Of a DNA stretch of 64,000 bases, positions 25,607 to 34,569 are shown piece after piece. The translations under genes were made by a program, and so were the position numbers. The stretch lies in the NCBI GenBank assembly GCA_049287565.1, contig JBAQGA010000189.1:15626-79625 (forward strand). The letters run 5' to 3'. This DNA is from Candidatus Aminicenantales bacterium. Lineage in GTDB: Bacteria > Acidobacteriota > Aminicenantia > Aminicenantales > UBA8522. The stretch's first letter is position 1. Every line of letters begins with the position of its first letter. A model generated the notes under the pieces. The model made no database searches. It was not told where the DNA came from and saw nothing but the letters and a program-made list of their open reading frames with translations.

Positions 25607-26463
25607 ATTTTGAGGAATCGGGATAGAGAGCTCAAGCTTCCCAATCCCCCCATGAGGACTCCGCCGAGGACTATGCCCAGGGCTTGAGACAGGGAGAGGT
25701 AGCGGAAGTTGATGATCTCCTGGAGGGCCCCCAGAGAGTGGCCGAGGTAGAGGGGAAAAAGCTTCACCAAAAGAAAAAGCAGGCCCAGAGAGAGGGTACT
25801 ACCCAGGATTCCGAGGGTGACGCCTTCCAGGAGAAAGGGCAGCCGGATGAAGGTATTGGTCGCCCCGACGAACCGGAGGATCTCGATCTCCCCTTGGCGG
25901 GCGAAAACGTTGAGGCGGATGACATTGGAGACGATGAAAAAGGAGGCCAGGATGAGGATCCCTCCGAGGAAGAATCCGATGGCTCTGGCCAAGCGGCTCA
26001 GCGACTGCATCTTCTGTACCCAATCCCGGTTGAACTGGACGTCCTCCACTCCCTTGGTGTTCTTGATGTCCTCGATGAACCCGAGGATCTCGTTGGACAT
26101 GAAGGCCTTCTTCTGCAGGGTCGCCTCGAACGAAGGGGGAAAAGGATTGGTGCCCAGGTTCTGGAGGATTTCCCGGAGCTCGGGGAAGTTTTTCTGAAAT
26201 CGTTCCCGGGCCTGTTGGGAGCTGACGCGGTTCACCCGGACGACGTAGGGCGAGGATCTGATGCGCTGCTCGATATGGCTCAGGTCAGCAACCGTAGCGT
26301 TGGGGGAGAGGAAAAAAACCACCATCATATTTTCGGACGTCTGGTCGGCGATGTGCTGGAGATTGTTGGACAGGGAAAAGAAGACGCCCAGAATAAGGAA
26401 GGAAAGACAGATGATGGTGATGGAGAGGAGGTTCCGCGTTCTGTACTGCCAGAGGTTGTTCAA
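25603..26463 (-). CDS. ftsX: Cell division permease-like protein FtsX
   Basis: 286 aa; an N-terminal TM, a periplasmic domain and a C-terminal 3-TM FtsX module; immediately downstream of ftsE. Confidence 0.8.
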   Translation of the reverse strand: MNNLWQYRTRNLLSITIICLSFLILGVFFSLSNNLQHIADQTSENMMVVFFLSPNATVADLSHIEQRIRSSPYVVRVNRVSSQQARERFQKNFPELREILQNLGTNPFPPSFEATLQKKAFMSNEILGFIEDIKNTKGVEDVQFNRDWVQKMQSLSRLARAIGFFLGGILILASFFIVSNVIRLNVFARQGEIEILRFVGATNTFIRLPFLLEGVTLGILGSTLSLGLLFLLVKLFPLYLGHSLGALQEIINFRYLSLSQALGIVLGGVLMGGLGSLSSLSRFLKI

Positions 26464-26483
26464 GGCGTCGCGGGAGAAGTACC

Positions 26484-27197
26484 TTATCTTTTGGAGGATG
26501 GCAGGACCTCCTTGCCGATGATCTTTCCCTTGAAAAGAAACAGGATCTTGTCGCCGAAGTGGCGGATCAGTTCTTTGTCATGGCTGCAGATGATGACGGA
26601 CGTGCCCCGCTTATTGATCTCCTTGAAGACTCCCATAATCTCAGCGGCCAGCTCGGGGTCGAGGTTTCCGGTCGGTTCGTCGGCCAGCAGGATCCGGGGC
26701 TCATTCACCACCGCCCGGGCGATGGCCACCCGCTGTTGCTCTCCATAAGAGAGATGGGACGGATACTCCCACATTTTCTGATGGAGGTTGACCAGCCGCA
26801 GGGCGTTGAACACGCGGCGCCGGATTTCTTTGAGGGAGACGCCGAGGACATGGAGGCCGATGGCCACGTTTTCAAAAACTCTTTTGTGGAAGAGCAGCCT
26901 GAAATCTTGGAAGACGATGCCCATCGTCCGGCGCAACTTGTAGATCCGGTGGTCGGGAAGCCGCAGGATGTTGATGCCGTCGACGACGATCTGCCCTCGG
27001 GTAGGCAGGATTTCGCGGAAGATGATCTTGAGCAAGGTGGATTTTCCGGAGCCGCTGGGGCCGGTGATGAACCAGAAGTCCCCCTTCAAGACATGGATGT
27101 TGATGTCGAGCAAAGCCCAATGGCCTTCCTGATATTGCTTCGAGACATGATAGAGCTCGATCATGACGGCGCGGTCGGCGGTGTTCAGCTCGGTCAC
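26484..27197 (-). CDS. ftsE: Cell division ATP-binding protein FtsE (ABC ATPase)
   Basis: GPSGSGKST Walker A, LSYGEQQRVAIARA ABC signature, LLADEPTGNLD Walker B; likely true start is the internal ATG 27164 (MIELYHVSKQY); the ORF-track GTG 27197 sits 3 nt after a TATAAT hexamer. Confidence 0.9.
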   Translation of the reverse strand: MTELNTADRAVMIELYHVSKQYQEGHWALLDINIHVLKGDFWFITGPSGSGKSTLLKIIFREILPTRGQIVVDGINILRLPDHRIYKLRRTMGIVFQDFRLLFHKRVFENVAIGLHVLGVSLKEIRRRVFNALRLVNLHQKMWEYPSHLSYGEQQRVAIARAVVNEPRILLADEPTGNLDPELAAEIMGVFKEINKRGTSVIICSHDKELIRHFGDKILFLFKGKIIGKEVLPSSKR

Positions 27198-27256
27198 GGA
27201 TTATAGCATATCGAATGGGGGATTCATAGAAGAGAGAAGGGCGGAAGAAAGAGCGC

Positions 27257-27409
27257 TCAACGGGCAAAAAGATACATGAACCAGCCGAAGGCTAGCGCCC
27301 CGGCAACCATGATCAAGAACAGCGAAAGCCCGTATTTAACCCGACTCTTCCGGTCATCCCGGCGGAGAAGCGCAAGCACGACGGAGACGAAGAAGGCATA
27401 GACAATCAT
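27257..27409 (-). CDS. Small (50 aa) two-TM membrane peptide, below the ORF-track length cutoff
   Basis: ATG 27409..TGA 27257 translates to MIVYAFFVSVVLALLRRDDRKSRVKYGLSLFLIMVAGALAFGWFMYLFAR; fills the otherwise non-coding 235-nt gap between ftsE and the upstream membrane protein; no strong SD. Confidence 0.25.
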   Translation of the reverse strand: MIVYAFFVSVVLALLRRDDRKSRVKYGLSLFLIMVAGALAFGWFMYLFAR

Positions 27410-27432
27410 GGAGATAAGATGGCTCTGCAGGA

Positions 27433-27795
27433 TCACCGCTTTTTCCCCTTAGCGATATCGTAGGCATCGAGGGCGATGAGATAATTCAGCAGACCGGCGC
27501 CGGCGATATAGGCTGTCCCGAACTCGAAAGTGGCCCGCTCTAAAGAACCCTGGCCGAACATGAGGAGGCGGGCCAGAGCGTAGACGAGGAAATTGCCGAG
27601 ATCGGCGAAAAAGGCCAGGATGGTAAGCGGATTATCCGTCTGGAAAGGATAGATCCGGCCGCCCATGACCAGACCGATGGCCGTCATGGCGCCGATGGAG
27701 ACGAAAAAGGCCAGGCCGCGCCAGAGCTTTTTCTGGAGGATATGCCCGAGGCCGGGGATGAGCCAGCCGGCGATAAGACAGGATATTTCTTTCAT
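27433..27795 (-). CDS. Hypothetical membrane protein (120 aa)
   Basis: 3-4 hydrophobic helices (LIAGWLIPGLGHIL...); family not recognised. Confidence 0.4.
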   Translation of the reverse strand: MKEISCLIAGWLIPGLGHILQKKLWRGLAFFVSIGAMTAIGLVMGGRIYPFQTDNPLTILAFFADLGNFLVYALARLLMFGQGSLERATFEFGTAYIAGAGLLNYLIALDAYDIAKGKKR

Positions 27796-27854
27796 GGACT
27801 TCGAAGCTAGAAATCATAAAGGAAACGGGGAGGCAAATCAAGTATAATGAGCAA

Positions 27855-28682
27855 ATGCCCGAGCTTCCGGAAGTCGAGACGATCGTCCGCTGCCTCCGTC
27901 CGCATCTCTGCGGCCTCCAGGTCCGCTCCGTCCATTTGCTGTTTCCGCCGATAGTCCGAGACCCGGGACGTCTTCCGCTCGAGAAGCTCGTCGGTCGTCG
28001 GGTCAGCGGCCTGCGCCGGCGCGGCAAAATGATCCTGTTGGATTTCTCCGGCGGACTGACTCTCATTGTTCATCTCAGGATGACCGGCCAGCTCATCTTC
28101 TGTGATCGAAACGCCCCTCCCGATAAGCATACGCATTTCATTCTGTGCCTCAGGAGATCGCCCCGGGAACTCCGCTTCCGGGATGTGCGGAAGTTCGGGT
28201 TCATCCGGGCGGTGCGGACGGCCGAGGCGGAGCGGACCCGGGAGCTCAGTCTTCTCGGCCCGGAGCCGCTGGGGCTCGGCAGGAACGCTTTCCTCGAGAG
28301 GCTCCGGGGCCGACGCGGCCGGCTCAAGGGTCTTCTCCTCAACCAGCGGGTGCTCGCGGGCATCGGCAATATCTATGCCGACGAGATCCTCTACGAAGCC
28401 GGTCTTCATCCCCGAACGGATATCTCACGCCTGGGCCGCCGGCGCCTGGAGAGACTCTATACCGCTGTTTCCAGAGTCCTTGACGAGGCCATCGCCTTCA
28501 AGGGCACGACGGTGCGCGACTTCCGGGACGGCCTCGGGTTCGAGGGGCTGTTTCAGAATCGATTGCGGGTTTATGGACGGGAAGGGGAACCCTGCCGGCG
28601 CTGCGGGGGCCGGCTCAGGCGCATCCGTCTCTCCGGAAGGAGCACGCATTTTTGCCCGCGCTGTCAGCGTCGCCGGGTTTGA
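27855..28682 (+). CDS. mutM: Formamidopyrimidine-DNA glycosylase
   Basis: MPELPEVETIVR N-terminal catalytic Pro/Glu; C-terminal CRRCGG...CPRCQ zinc finger; 275 aa. Confidence 0.9.
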   Translation: MPELPEVETIVRCLRPHLCGLQVRSVHLLFPPIVRDPGRLPLEKLVGRRVSGLRRRGKMILLDFSGGLTLIVHLRMTGQLIFCDRNAPPDKHTHFILCLRRSPRELRFRDVRKFGFIRAVRTAEAERTRELSLLGPEPLGLGRNAFLERLRGRRGRLKGLLLNQRVLAGIGNIYADEILYEAGLHPRTDISRLGRRRLERLYTAVSRVLDEAIAFKGTTVRDFRDGLGFEGLFQNRLRVYGREGEPCRRCGGRLRRIRLSGRSTHFCPRCQRRRV

Positions 28683-28707
28683 CAGAATCGAGGTAATCGT
28701 TATAATT
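28679..28707 (+). promoter_or_regulatory. Predicted sigma-70 promoter with perfect consensus TTGACA-N17-TATAAT
   Basis: TTGACA at 28679-28684 (overlapping the mutM stop codon), a 17-nt spacer, TATAAT at 28702-28707; about 70 nt upstream of the ferritin-like gene with a GAGGAGG RBS. Confidence 0.6.
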
Positions 28708-28778
28708 GCTAATGCTGTTCTCCGACGAGAGTCGCCAGCCCGGACCGAGCCGGACATTCTGAGAGGAGGAATCAGGTC

Positions 28779-29231
28779 ATGAAGTTCGGAAATTTCAAGG
28801 ATATTATGCAATTCGCCATCGAGCGCGAAGAGGAAGCCGCCAGGAACTACGGCAAGTTGCGGTCAATCGCCAAGGAAGAAGCCGCCAAGAGGCTTCTGGG
28901 CGATCTCCAGCAGGAGGAGATGAACCACAAGAAGATCCTTCAGGGGCTGACCAAGGTCAAGATCGAGGCGACGACTTCCAAAAACGTGAAGGACCTGATG
29001 ATCAGTGATTATCTGGTCGAAGAGCCGCTTACCCCGGACATGAATTTCCAGGACCTCCTGATCTTTGCGGCCAAGAAAGAAAAAAAGGCCGCCGACCTGT
29101 ATTCCGATCTCGCCAAGAGATCCTCGACCAAGAACCACAAGGCACTGTTCGAGTTCCTGGCCAAGCAGGAGAAAGCCCATAAGCTGCGCCTCGAGCTCGA
29201 GTACGAAAAACATGTCCTCTGGGAGGATTGA
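28779..29231 (+). CDS. Ferritin-like diiron-carboxylate protein (rubrerythrin/COG1633-like), paralog A
   Basis: 150 aa; two E...ExxH pairs (EEMNHKK; EKAHKLRLE) in a four-helix-bundle pattern; GAGGAGG RBS; paralogous to 42005..42514 and 48837..49331. Confidence 0.6.
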   Translation: MKFGNFKDIMQFAIEREEEAARNYGKLRSIAKEEAAKRLLGDLQQEEMNHKKILQGLTKVKIEATTSKNVKDLMISDYLVEEPLTPDMNFQDLLIFAAKKEKKAADLYSDLAKRSSTKNHKALFEFLAKQEKAHKLRLELEYEKHVLWED

Positions 29232-29280
29232 GCCGCCTCCCCGGGCAGCTGGCGATCAATATCCAGCAAGGAGACACGAC

Positions 29281-29442
29281 ATGGAAAAATGGGAATGCCA
29301 GGCCTGTGGCTACATCTACGATCCCGAAAAGGGAGACCCCGATAACGGCGTCGCTCCGGGAACCCCGTTCGAGGAACTTCCTGAAGACTGGGTGTGTCCC
29401 CAGTGTGGCGTGGGCAAGGAGTTTTTCCAGAAGCTCTCCTGA
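29281..29442 (+). CDS. Rubredoxin
   Basis: 53 aa; [12 protein letters not shown]...[14 protein letters not shown] with the two CxxCG knuckles; AAGGAG RBS; absent from the ORF-track annotation frame as a separate gene. Confidence 0.85.
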   Translation: MEKWECQACGYIYDPEKGDPDNGVAPGTPFEELPEDWVCPQCGVGKEFFQKLS

Positions 29443-29475
29443 GCTTTTGCCGACCGCGGGGATCAAGGGATTCAA

Positions 29476-30678
29476 ATGAAAACCGTCATCATCGGCAACG
29501 GCCTGGCCGGGACCATGGCCGCCAAGACAGTGCGGGAACTCGATTCTCAAGTGGAGGTCCTGATTTTCGCCGAAGAGAGGTACCATTACTATCCCCGGCC
29601 TAACCTCATCGAGTATATCGCCGGCAAACTGCCCTACGAGCGCTTATTTGCCTTTTCCGAGGGGTGGCATGTTCGCCAGAAGATCGACATCCGGCTCGGG
29701 ACTGCCGTCCGCAAGATCCACCCGCGATCCCGGGAAATCGAGTTGGAGGGAGGTGGGCGCGATTCTTATGATAAGCTGTTGATTGCCAACGGCGCCTCTT
29801 CGTTCATCCCCCCCATCAAGGGAGCAGATCAACGAGGCGTCTTCTCCCTGCGGACTCTGGATGATGCCCAGGCCATCCTTGACGGCCTCCAAAGCCACCA
29901 TCAAGTGGCCGTCATAGGAGGCGGTCTGCTCGGGCTCGAGATCGCCCGGGCCATCCGGTCACGCGGTGCCGAGGTGGAGGTGGTGGAATTTTTCGACCGC
30001 CTGCTGCCTCGCCAGCTCGACACTCAGGGAGCATCACTCCTCCGGAGCCAGATCGAGAGCCAGGGCATCCGGATTCGCCTCGGCGTCGCTACCGAAGAGA
30101 TTCTCGGTAATGGGGAGACGAAAGGGCTCAAGCTGAAGGGCGGCCCTGAGGTCAAAGCCGACATGGTCGTCATCGCCGCCGGCGTGCGGCCGAACCTAGG
30201 GCTGCCCCAGGACGCCGGGTTGGCCACGGACCGCGGGCTGGTGGTGGATGATCGGCTGCGGACGAGCCACCCCCAAGTATTTGCCGCAGGAGACAGTATC
30301 CAGCATCGGGGAAAAGTGTACGGTATCATCCCCGCCTCATTCGAACAGGCGCGCACAGCCGCCTACAATATCATGGGAGAGGACAAGAAGTACGAGGGAA
30401 CGGTTCCAGCTAACACCCTCAAGGTGGCCGGCCTATATGTCACTTCGGTGGGCCTAGTGAATCCCGAAGGAGAAGGATTCGAGGAGGTCAGGAACTACAA
30501 GAAAGAAGAGGGAATCTATAAGAAGATCGTTCTTCAGGACGGCGCCCTGGTGGGATCCATCTGGATGGGGACAAAGAAGGGCGTCAACGAGATTGCCCGC
30601 GCTGTAACCGCAAAGGCCAAGATCAGTCAATGGATCAACACCCTGCTTGACGACAGCTTCGATTTTTCAGTGCTATGA
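29476..30678 (+). CDS. NAD(P)H:rubredoxin oxidoreductase (FAD pyridine-nucleotide disulfide oxidoreductase family)
   Basis: VIIGNGLAG FAD motif; second VAVIGGGLLGLE NAD motif; 400 aa; directly downstream of rubredoxin. Confidence 0.7.
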   Translation: MKTVIIGNGLAGTMAAKTVRELDSQVEVLIFAEERYHYYPRPNLIEYIAGKLPYERLFAFSEGWHVRQKIDIRLGTAVRKIHPRSREIELEGGGRDSYDKLLIANGASSFIPPIKGADQRGVFSLRTLDDAQAILDGLQSHHQVAVIGGGLLGLEIARAIRSRGAEVEVVEFFDRLLPRQLDTQGASLLRSQIESQGIRIRLGVATEEILGNGETKGLKLKGGPEVKADMVVIAAGVRPNLGLPQDAGLATDRGLVVDDRLRTSHPQVFAAGDSIQHRGKVYGIIPASFEQARTAAYNIMGEDKKYEGTVPANTLKVAGLYVTSVGLVNPEGEGFEEVRNYKKEEGIYKKIVLQDGALVGSIWMGTKKGVNEIARAVTAKAKISQWINTLLDDSFDFSVL

Positions 30679-31700
30679 GATTCAGGTCAGTCTCCCTTAT
30701 TCTTATTCTCGTACTCGGGGGCCTGCTATTCTGCCCGCCGGCCTTCTCTCAGTACAATCTCAGCGGCTGGCTTTCGGCCCGGTATGAAAAGGGGAAGGCC
30801 CAGGATGATTTTCCCAAAGGGACTTTCGGCTGGGTCAAGGCGGGTCTCTTCTTCAGCGGACGAGCCGTGACCATCTTCAATTACAACCTCGAGGTTCAGT
30901 TCAAAGCAGAGGACCGGGTGGAGATCGAAGAAGCCTGGTTCGGGATCAATCCCTCAGAGACCTTTCAGCTGAAGCTCGGGTTCTACCTCGTGCCCTTCGG
31001 TAGATACAACACGGCCAACCGTCCTTATCAGACTCCCTTCATCCAGACTCCCCTGCTGCAGGCCCACCTCTACCCGGAGAGCTGGCGGGATATCGGTGTT
31101 CTGGCGGAGGGCCGATGGGGATACTTCGGTTATTCGATGTATCTGGGGAATGGCCTGCGCGAAGGCAAAACACTGCAGGACGGCCAACAGTTCAAGGACA
31201 ATAACGGCAACAAAGCCGCCGGCGGACGGCTCTCCCTGAGATTGGAAGAAAGTTTCGAAGTCGCCGGTTCCTATTACCGCGGCAAGTATGACGACGCCTC
31301 CGAGAGAGAACTGAAACTTTACGGCGCCGACGCCAGCTGGAGCAGCCAGGGCTTTCTCCTTCTCTACGAATACGGCAAGGCCGACGTCGATAACCCGGCC
31401 GGCTTCGGCCAGGGCAGGGCCGAAGGTCATTTTGGCATGGCCTCGCTGAACATCAGCAAATTCACGGCGCTGGCCAGCTACCAAACCCTTGAATACGAAG
31501 ACCCCTATCACGGATGGGATCCTCTTGATCCTCTGGCTATCACTGTCGGGATAGCGGAAAATATCCACCGCTGGGCCGTCGCCCTAGTCTACTCGCCGGC
31601 CCCCAATTTCAGGTTCGAGGTTGAGTACGATTTCAACCGGGAGAAGCCGGTCGAGCTCGACAACGATGTATTCCTAGCCCGGGTGTCGCTTATATTCTGA
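30675..31700 (+). CDS. Outer-membrane beta-barrel protein (porin-like), hypothetical
   Basis: Signal peptide; alternating amphipathic beta-strand pattern rich in Y/G/N; C-terminal ...VSLIF aromatic terminus typical of BAM substrates. Confidence 0.5.
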   Translation: MRFRSVSLILILVLGGLLFCPPAFSQYNLSGWLSARYEKGKAQDDFPKGTFGWVKAGLFFSGRAVTIFNYNLEVQFKAEDRVEIEEAWFGINPSETFQLKLGFYLVPFGRYNTANRPYQTPFIQTPLLQAHLYPESWRDIGVLAEGRWGYFGYSMYLGNGLREGKTLQDGQQFKDNNGNKAAGGRLSLRLEESFEVAGSYYRGKYDDASERELKLYGADASWSSQGFLLLYEYGKADVDNPAGFGQGRAEGHFGMASLNISKFTALASYQTLEYEDPYHGWDPLDPLAITVGIAENIHRWAVALVYSPAPNFRFEVEYDFNREKPVELDNDVFLARVSLIF

Positions 31701-31728
31701 CCGATAGAAATACGGAGAAAGGAATCGT

Positions 31729-33054
31729 ATGGCCAACGTCGTCGTTCTCGGCGTCCAGTGGGGAGACGAAGGCAAGGGCAAGGTCGTCGACCTGCTGACA
31801 CCGGCATTCGAGGTGATCGGTCGCTATCAGGGCGGCCATAACGCCGGCCATACGGTTTATATCGGAGGCCGGAAAATCGTCCTCCACCTGATCCCCTCCG
31901 GCATCCTGCATCCGGGGAAGCTGTGCGTCATCGGCAACGGTGTCGTCTTCAATCCGCGGGCGTTCCTGGAAGAGAAGGCCACGCTCGAGAAATTCGACGT
32001 GGCCATCGACGACCGCCTGGTCATCAGCCGGAATGCCCATCTTATCCTCCCTTATCATCTCCAGGCCGAAAAGATCGCCGAGGAGAGAAAAGGCTTAAGG
32101 AGGATCGGCACCACCAGCCTGGGGATCGGGCCCGCCTATGAAGACAAGGTCGCCCGTTGCGGCATCCGCGTCGGCGACCTCCTCGACCTGGTCGTCTTCC
32201 GGGAGAAGCTCACCGTGAACCTGGAAGAGAAAAACGCGCTCTTCCGCGCGTCCGGACGTCCAGCCCTTGACCTCGAGGAGATCTTTCAAGAGTATGCGGG
32301 CTATGCCTCGAAGATCACCCCGTATATCGGCGATGTCTCGTTGCTGCTCCACCGGAAGATGCGCGAGGGCAGTTCGATCTTGTTCGAAGGCGCCCAGGGC
32401 GCGTTGCTGGATATCGATCACGGCACCTACCCCTATGTCACGTCATCCAATTCCACCGCCGGAGGAGCCGCCACGGGTCTGGGTGTGGGCCCGACTCGGA
32501 TCGATTTTGTCCTCGGCGTTGGCAAGGCCTACACGACCCGTGTCGGCGGCGGCGCCTTCCCGACCGAGATCCAGGATGAGTGCGGTTGTCTGATCTCGGA
32601 GCGGGGCAATGAGTTCGGCGCCACCACCGGCCGGCCCCGTCGCTGCGGCTGGCTGGACGTCGTGGCCGTGGCCCACAGCTGCCGCGTCAACGGCATCGAC
32701 AAGCTCGTCCTGACTAAGCCGGACATCCTGGACGTTTTTCAGGAGATCCCGGTATGTATCGGTTATGAATACAAAGGGGAGGCGCTCGATGCCTTTCCCA
32801 CCGAGCCATGGATTCTGGAGAAAGTCGTCCCCAATTACAGGATGATGAAGGGCTGGCAAACGCCCATCCATCGGCTCACCGACCGGCGGCGGCTCCCGCC
32901 CGCTTTCCTTGATTATATCAAACTGATCGAGGACTCTGTCGAAGCCAGGGTCTGCCTCATCTCGACGGGGGTGGAAAGAAAGGACTCCATCCTCGTCGAC
33001 GAGGAAATCGAGGGAGTGGTCGACCTCGAACGGGTGAGGAAGGAGCTGGCCTGA
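31729..33054 (+). CDS. purA: Adenylosuccinate synthetase
   Basis: VVVLGVQWGDEGKGKVVD P-loop and GGHNAGHTV motifs; 441 aa. Confidence 0.95.
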   Translation: MANVVVLGVQWGDEGKGKVVDLLTPAFEVIGRYQGGHNAGHTVYIGGRKIVLHLIPSGILHPGKLCVIGNGVVFNPRAFLEEKATLEKFDVAIDDRLVISRNAHLILPYHLQAEKIAEERKGLRRIGTTSLGIGPAYEDKVARCGIRVGDLLDLVVFREKLTVNLEEKNALFRASGRPALDLEEIFQEYAGYASKITPYIGDVSLLLHRKMREGSSILFEGAQGALLDIDHGTYPYVTSSNSTAGGAATGLGVGPTRIDFVLGVGKAYTTRVGGGAFPTEIQDECGCLISERGNEFGATTGRPRRCGWLDVVAVAHSCRVNGIDKLVLTKPDILDVFQEIPVCIGYEYKGEALDAFPTEPWILEKVVPNYRMMKGWQTPIHRLTDRRRLPPAFLDYIKLIEDSVEARVCLISTGVERKDSILVDEEIEGVVDLERVRKELA

Positions 33055-33091
33055 GCTTTCCCGGATCAATGCCGATGAAAAGGAGCGGGTT

Positions 33092-34306
33092 ATGAAAATC
33101 GACGCCAAAGAAGCCCGTCAAGAAGTGCTCAAGGACATCATCCGGGAGCTTCACCATGGAGGGAACCTGGATGACCAGAAAAAACGCTTTGCCGAACTGA
33201 TCAAGGATGTCAGTCCGACCGAGATCTCGGAGATGGAGCAGAAGCTGATCGAGGAAGGCCTGCCCGAGGATGAGGTCAAGAGGTTGTGTGACGTCCACGT
33301 CCAGGTCTTCAAAGAGTCGCTCGAGGGACAGCCCCTTCCCGCCGCGATCCCGGGCCATCCCCTGCACACTCTGATGGCGGAAAACCGGGCGCTCGAGAAG
33401 ATCCTGGGGGAACTCAAGGGCCTTCTGGATCGACTCTCAGCCACGGAAGGCGGGACCGGCCTCGAGAGCCTCCGGGGCGATCTCCGGTCCAGCTTGGAAA
33501 GGCTCGCCGCCGTGGAAAAACACTACCTCAGGAAAGAAAACCAGCTCTTCCCTCTCCTCGAGGCCAGGGGAATGAGCGGTCCCTCCAAGGTCATGTGGGC
33601 GATCCATGATGACATCCGGGCGATGCTGCGGGAGTTCCGCGGGCTGCTCGTTACGGACAAAGCCTCCGAGCTCATCGCGGTGGGCCGCCGGCTCTCGGAG
33701 ATGATGTCCGACATGATCTATAAAGAGGAAAAAATCCTGCTGCCGATGAGCCTCGAGACCCTGTCCGATGAGGATTGGGCCCGGGTGAGGAAAGGTGAGG
33801 AGGAGATCGGCTACGCCTGGGTGACGCCGGGGACCGAATGGAAGCCGGCGGTCAGGGCCGCTGATCTTACGCCGTTGCCGGAATCCTATCGTCCCGCCGC
33901 ATCGCTCTCCCTCGATACGGGAAGGCTGACGCCGGAGCAGATCAACCTTCTGCTCAAGAACCTGCCCGTCGATGTCACTTATGTCGATGAGACGGACACG
34001 GTCCGGTATTATTCGGCCGGCGCCGAGCGCATCTTTCCACGGAGTCCGGCGGTAGTCGGTCGGAAGGTCCAGAACTGCCATCCTCCGGACAGCGTCCACA
34101 TGGTCAACCGCATTCTCGAGGCCTTCCGGGCCGGCCGTCGCGATGTCGCCGAGTTCTGGATCCAGTTGAAGGGACGATTCATCTCTATTCGATATTTTGC
34201 TGTTCGCGACGGGCAGGATCACTACAAAGGATGTCTCGAAGTCAGTCAGGACGTCACGGCCATCCGCGAGCTCCGGGGCGAACAGCGCCTGCTCGATTGG
34301 AAATGA
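33092..34306 (+). CDS. DUF438 / hemerythrin-like HHE / PAS domain protein (putative O2/NO/redox sensor without output domain)
   Basis: N-terminal DUF438-like region (EISEMEQKLIEEGLPEDEVKRLCDVHVQVFKE); central H...H...E hemerythrin-like cation-binding pattern; C-terminal PAS fold (VTYVDETDTVRYYS...). Confidence 0.6.
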   Translation: MKIDAKEARQEVLKDIIRELHHGGNLDDQKKRFAELIKDVSPTEISEMEQKLIEEGLPEDEVKRLCDVHVQVFKESLEGQPLPAAIPGHPLHTLMAENRALEKILGELKGLLDRLSATEGGTGLESLRGDLRSSLERLAAVEKHYLRKENQLFPLLEARGMSGPSKVMWAIHDDIRAMLREFRGLLVTDKASELIAVGRRLSEMMSDMIYKEEKILLPMSLETLSDEDWARVRKGEEEIGYAWVTPGTEWKPAVRAADLTPLPESYRPAASLSLDTGRLTPEQINLLLKNLPVDVTYVDETDTVRYYSAGAERIFPRSPAVVGRKVQNCHPPDSVHMVNRILEAFRAGRRDVAEFWIQLKGRFISIRYFAVRDGQDHYKGCLEVSQDVTAIRELRGEQRLLDWK

Positions 34307-34324
34307 TAAAAAAGGAGTTTTTAG

Positions 34325-34513
34325 ATGCCATCCAAAACCAAGAAAAAGCCGGCTCAAAAAGCCAAGAAAGGCGATGCTTACGAGTGCCGGGTCTGCGGCT
34401 ATCGCATCGTTGTCGATCAAGCCTGCGGCTGCGCCGAAGAGCATGCCTTTATCTGCTGCGATCAGCCGATGAAAAAAAAGGCCAAAAGGCCGCCTGAGTC
34501 CGCTTCGGAATGA
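34325..34513 (+). CDS. Desulforedoxin-like Cys-cluster mini-protein with lysine-rich tails
   Basis: 62 aa; AYECRVCGYRIVV...CGC...ICCDQPM resembles the desulforedoxin CxxC...CC metal site; K-rich N- and C-termini; AAAGGAG RBS. Confidence 0.45.
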   Translation: MPSKTKKKPAQKAKKGDAYECRVCGYRIVVDQACGCAEEHAFICCDQPMKKKAKRPPESASE

Positions 34514-34569
34514 TCGGATCTCCGACCTGCCGGAGTCGGGATAACGGATTCAGACAGGGGAGGTGAGGG

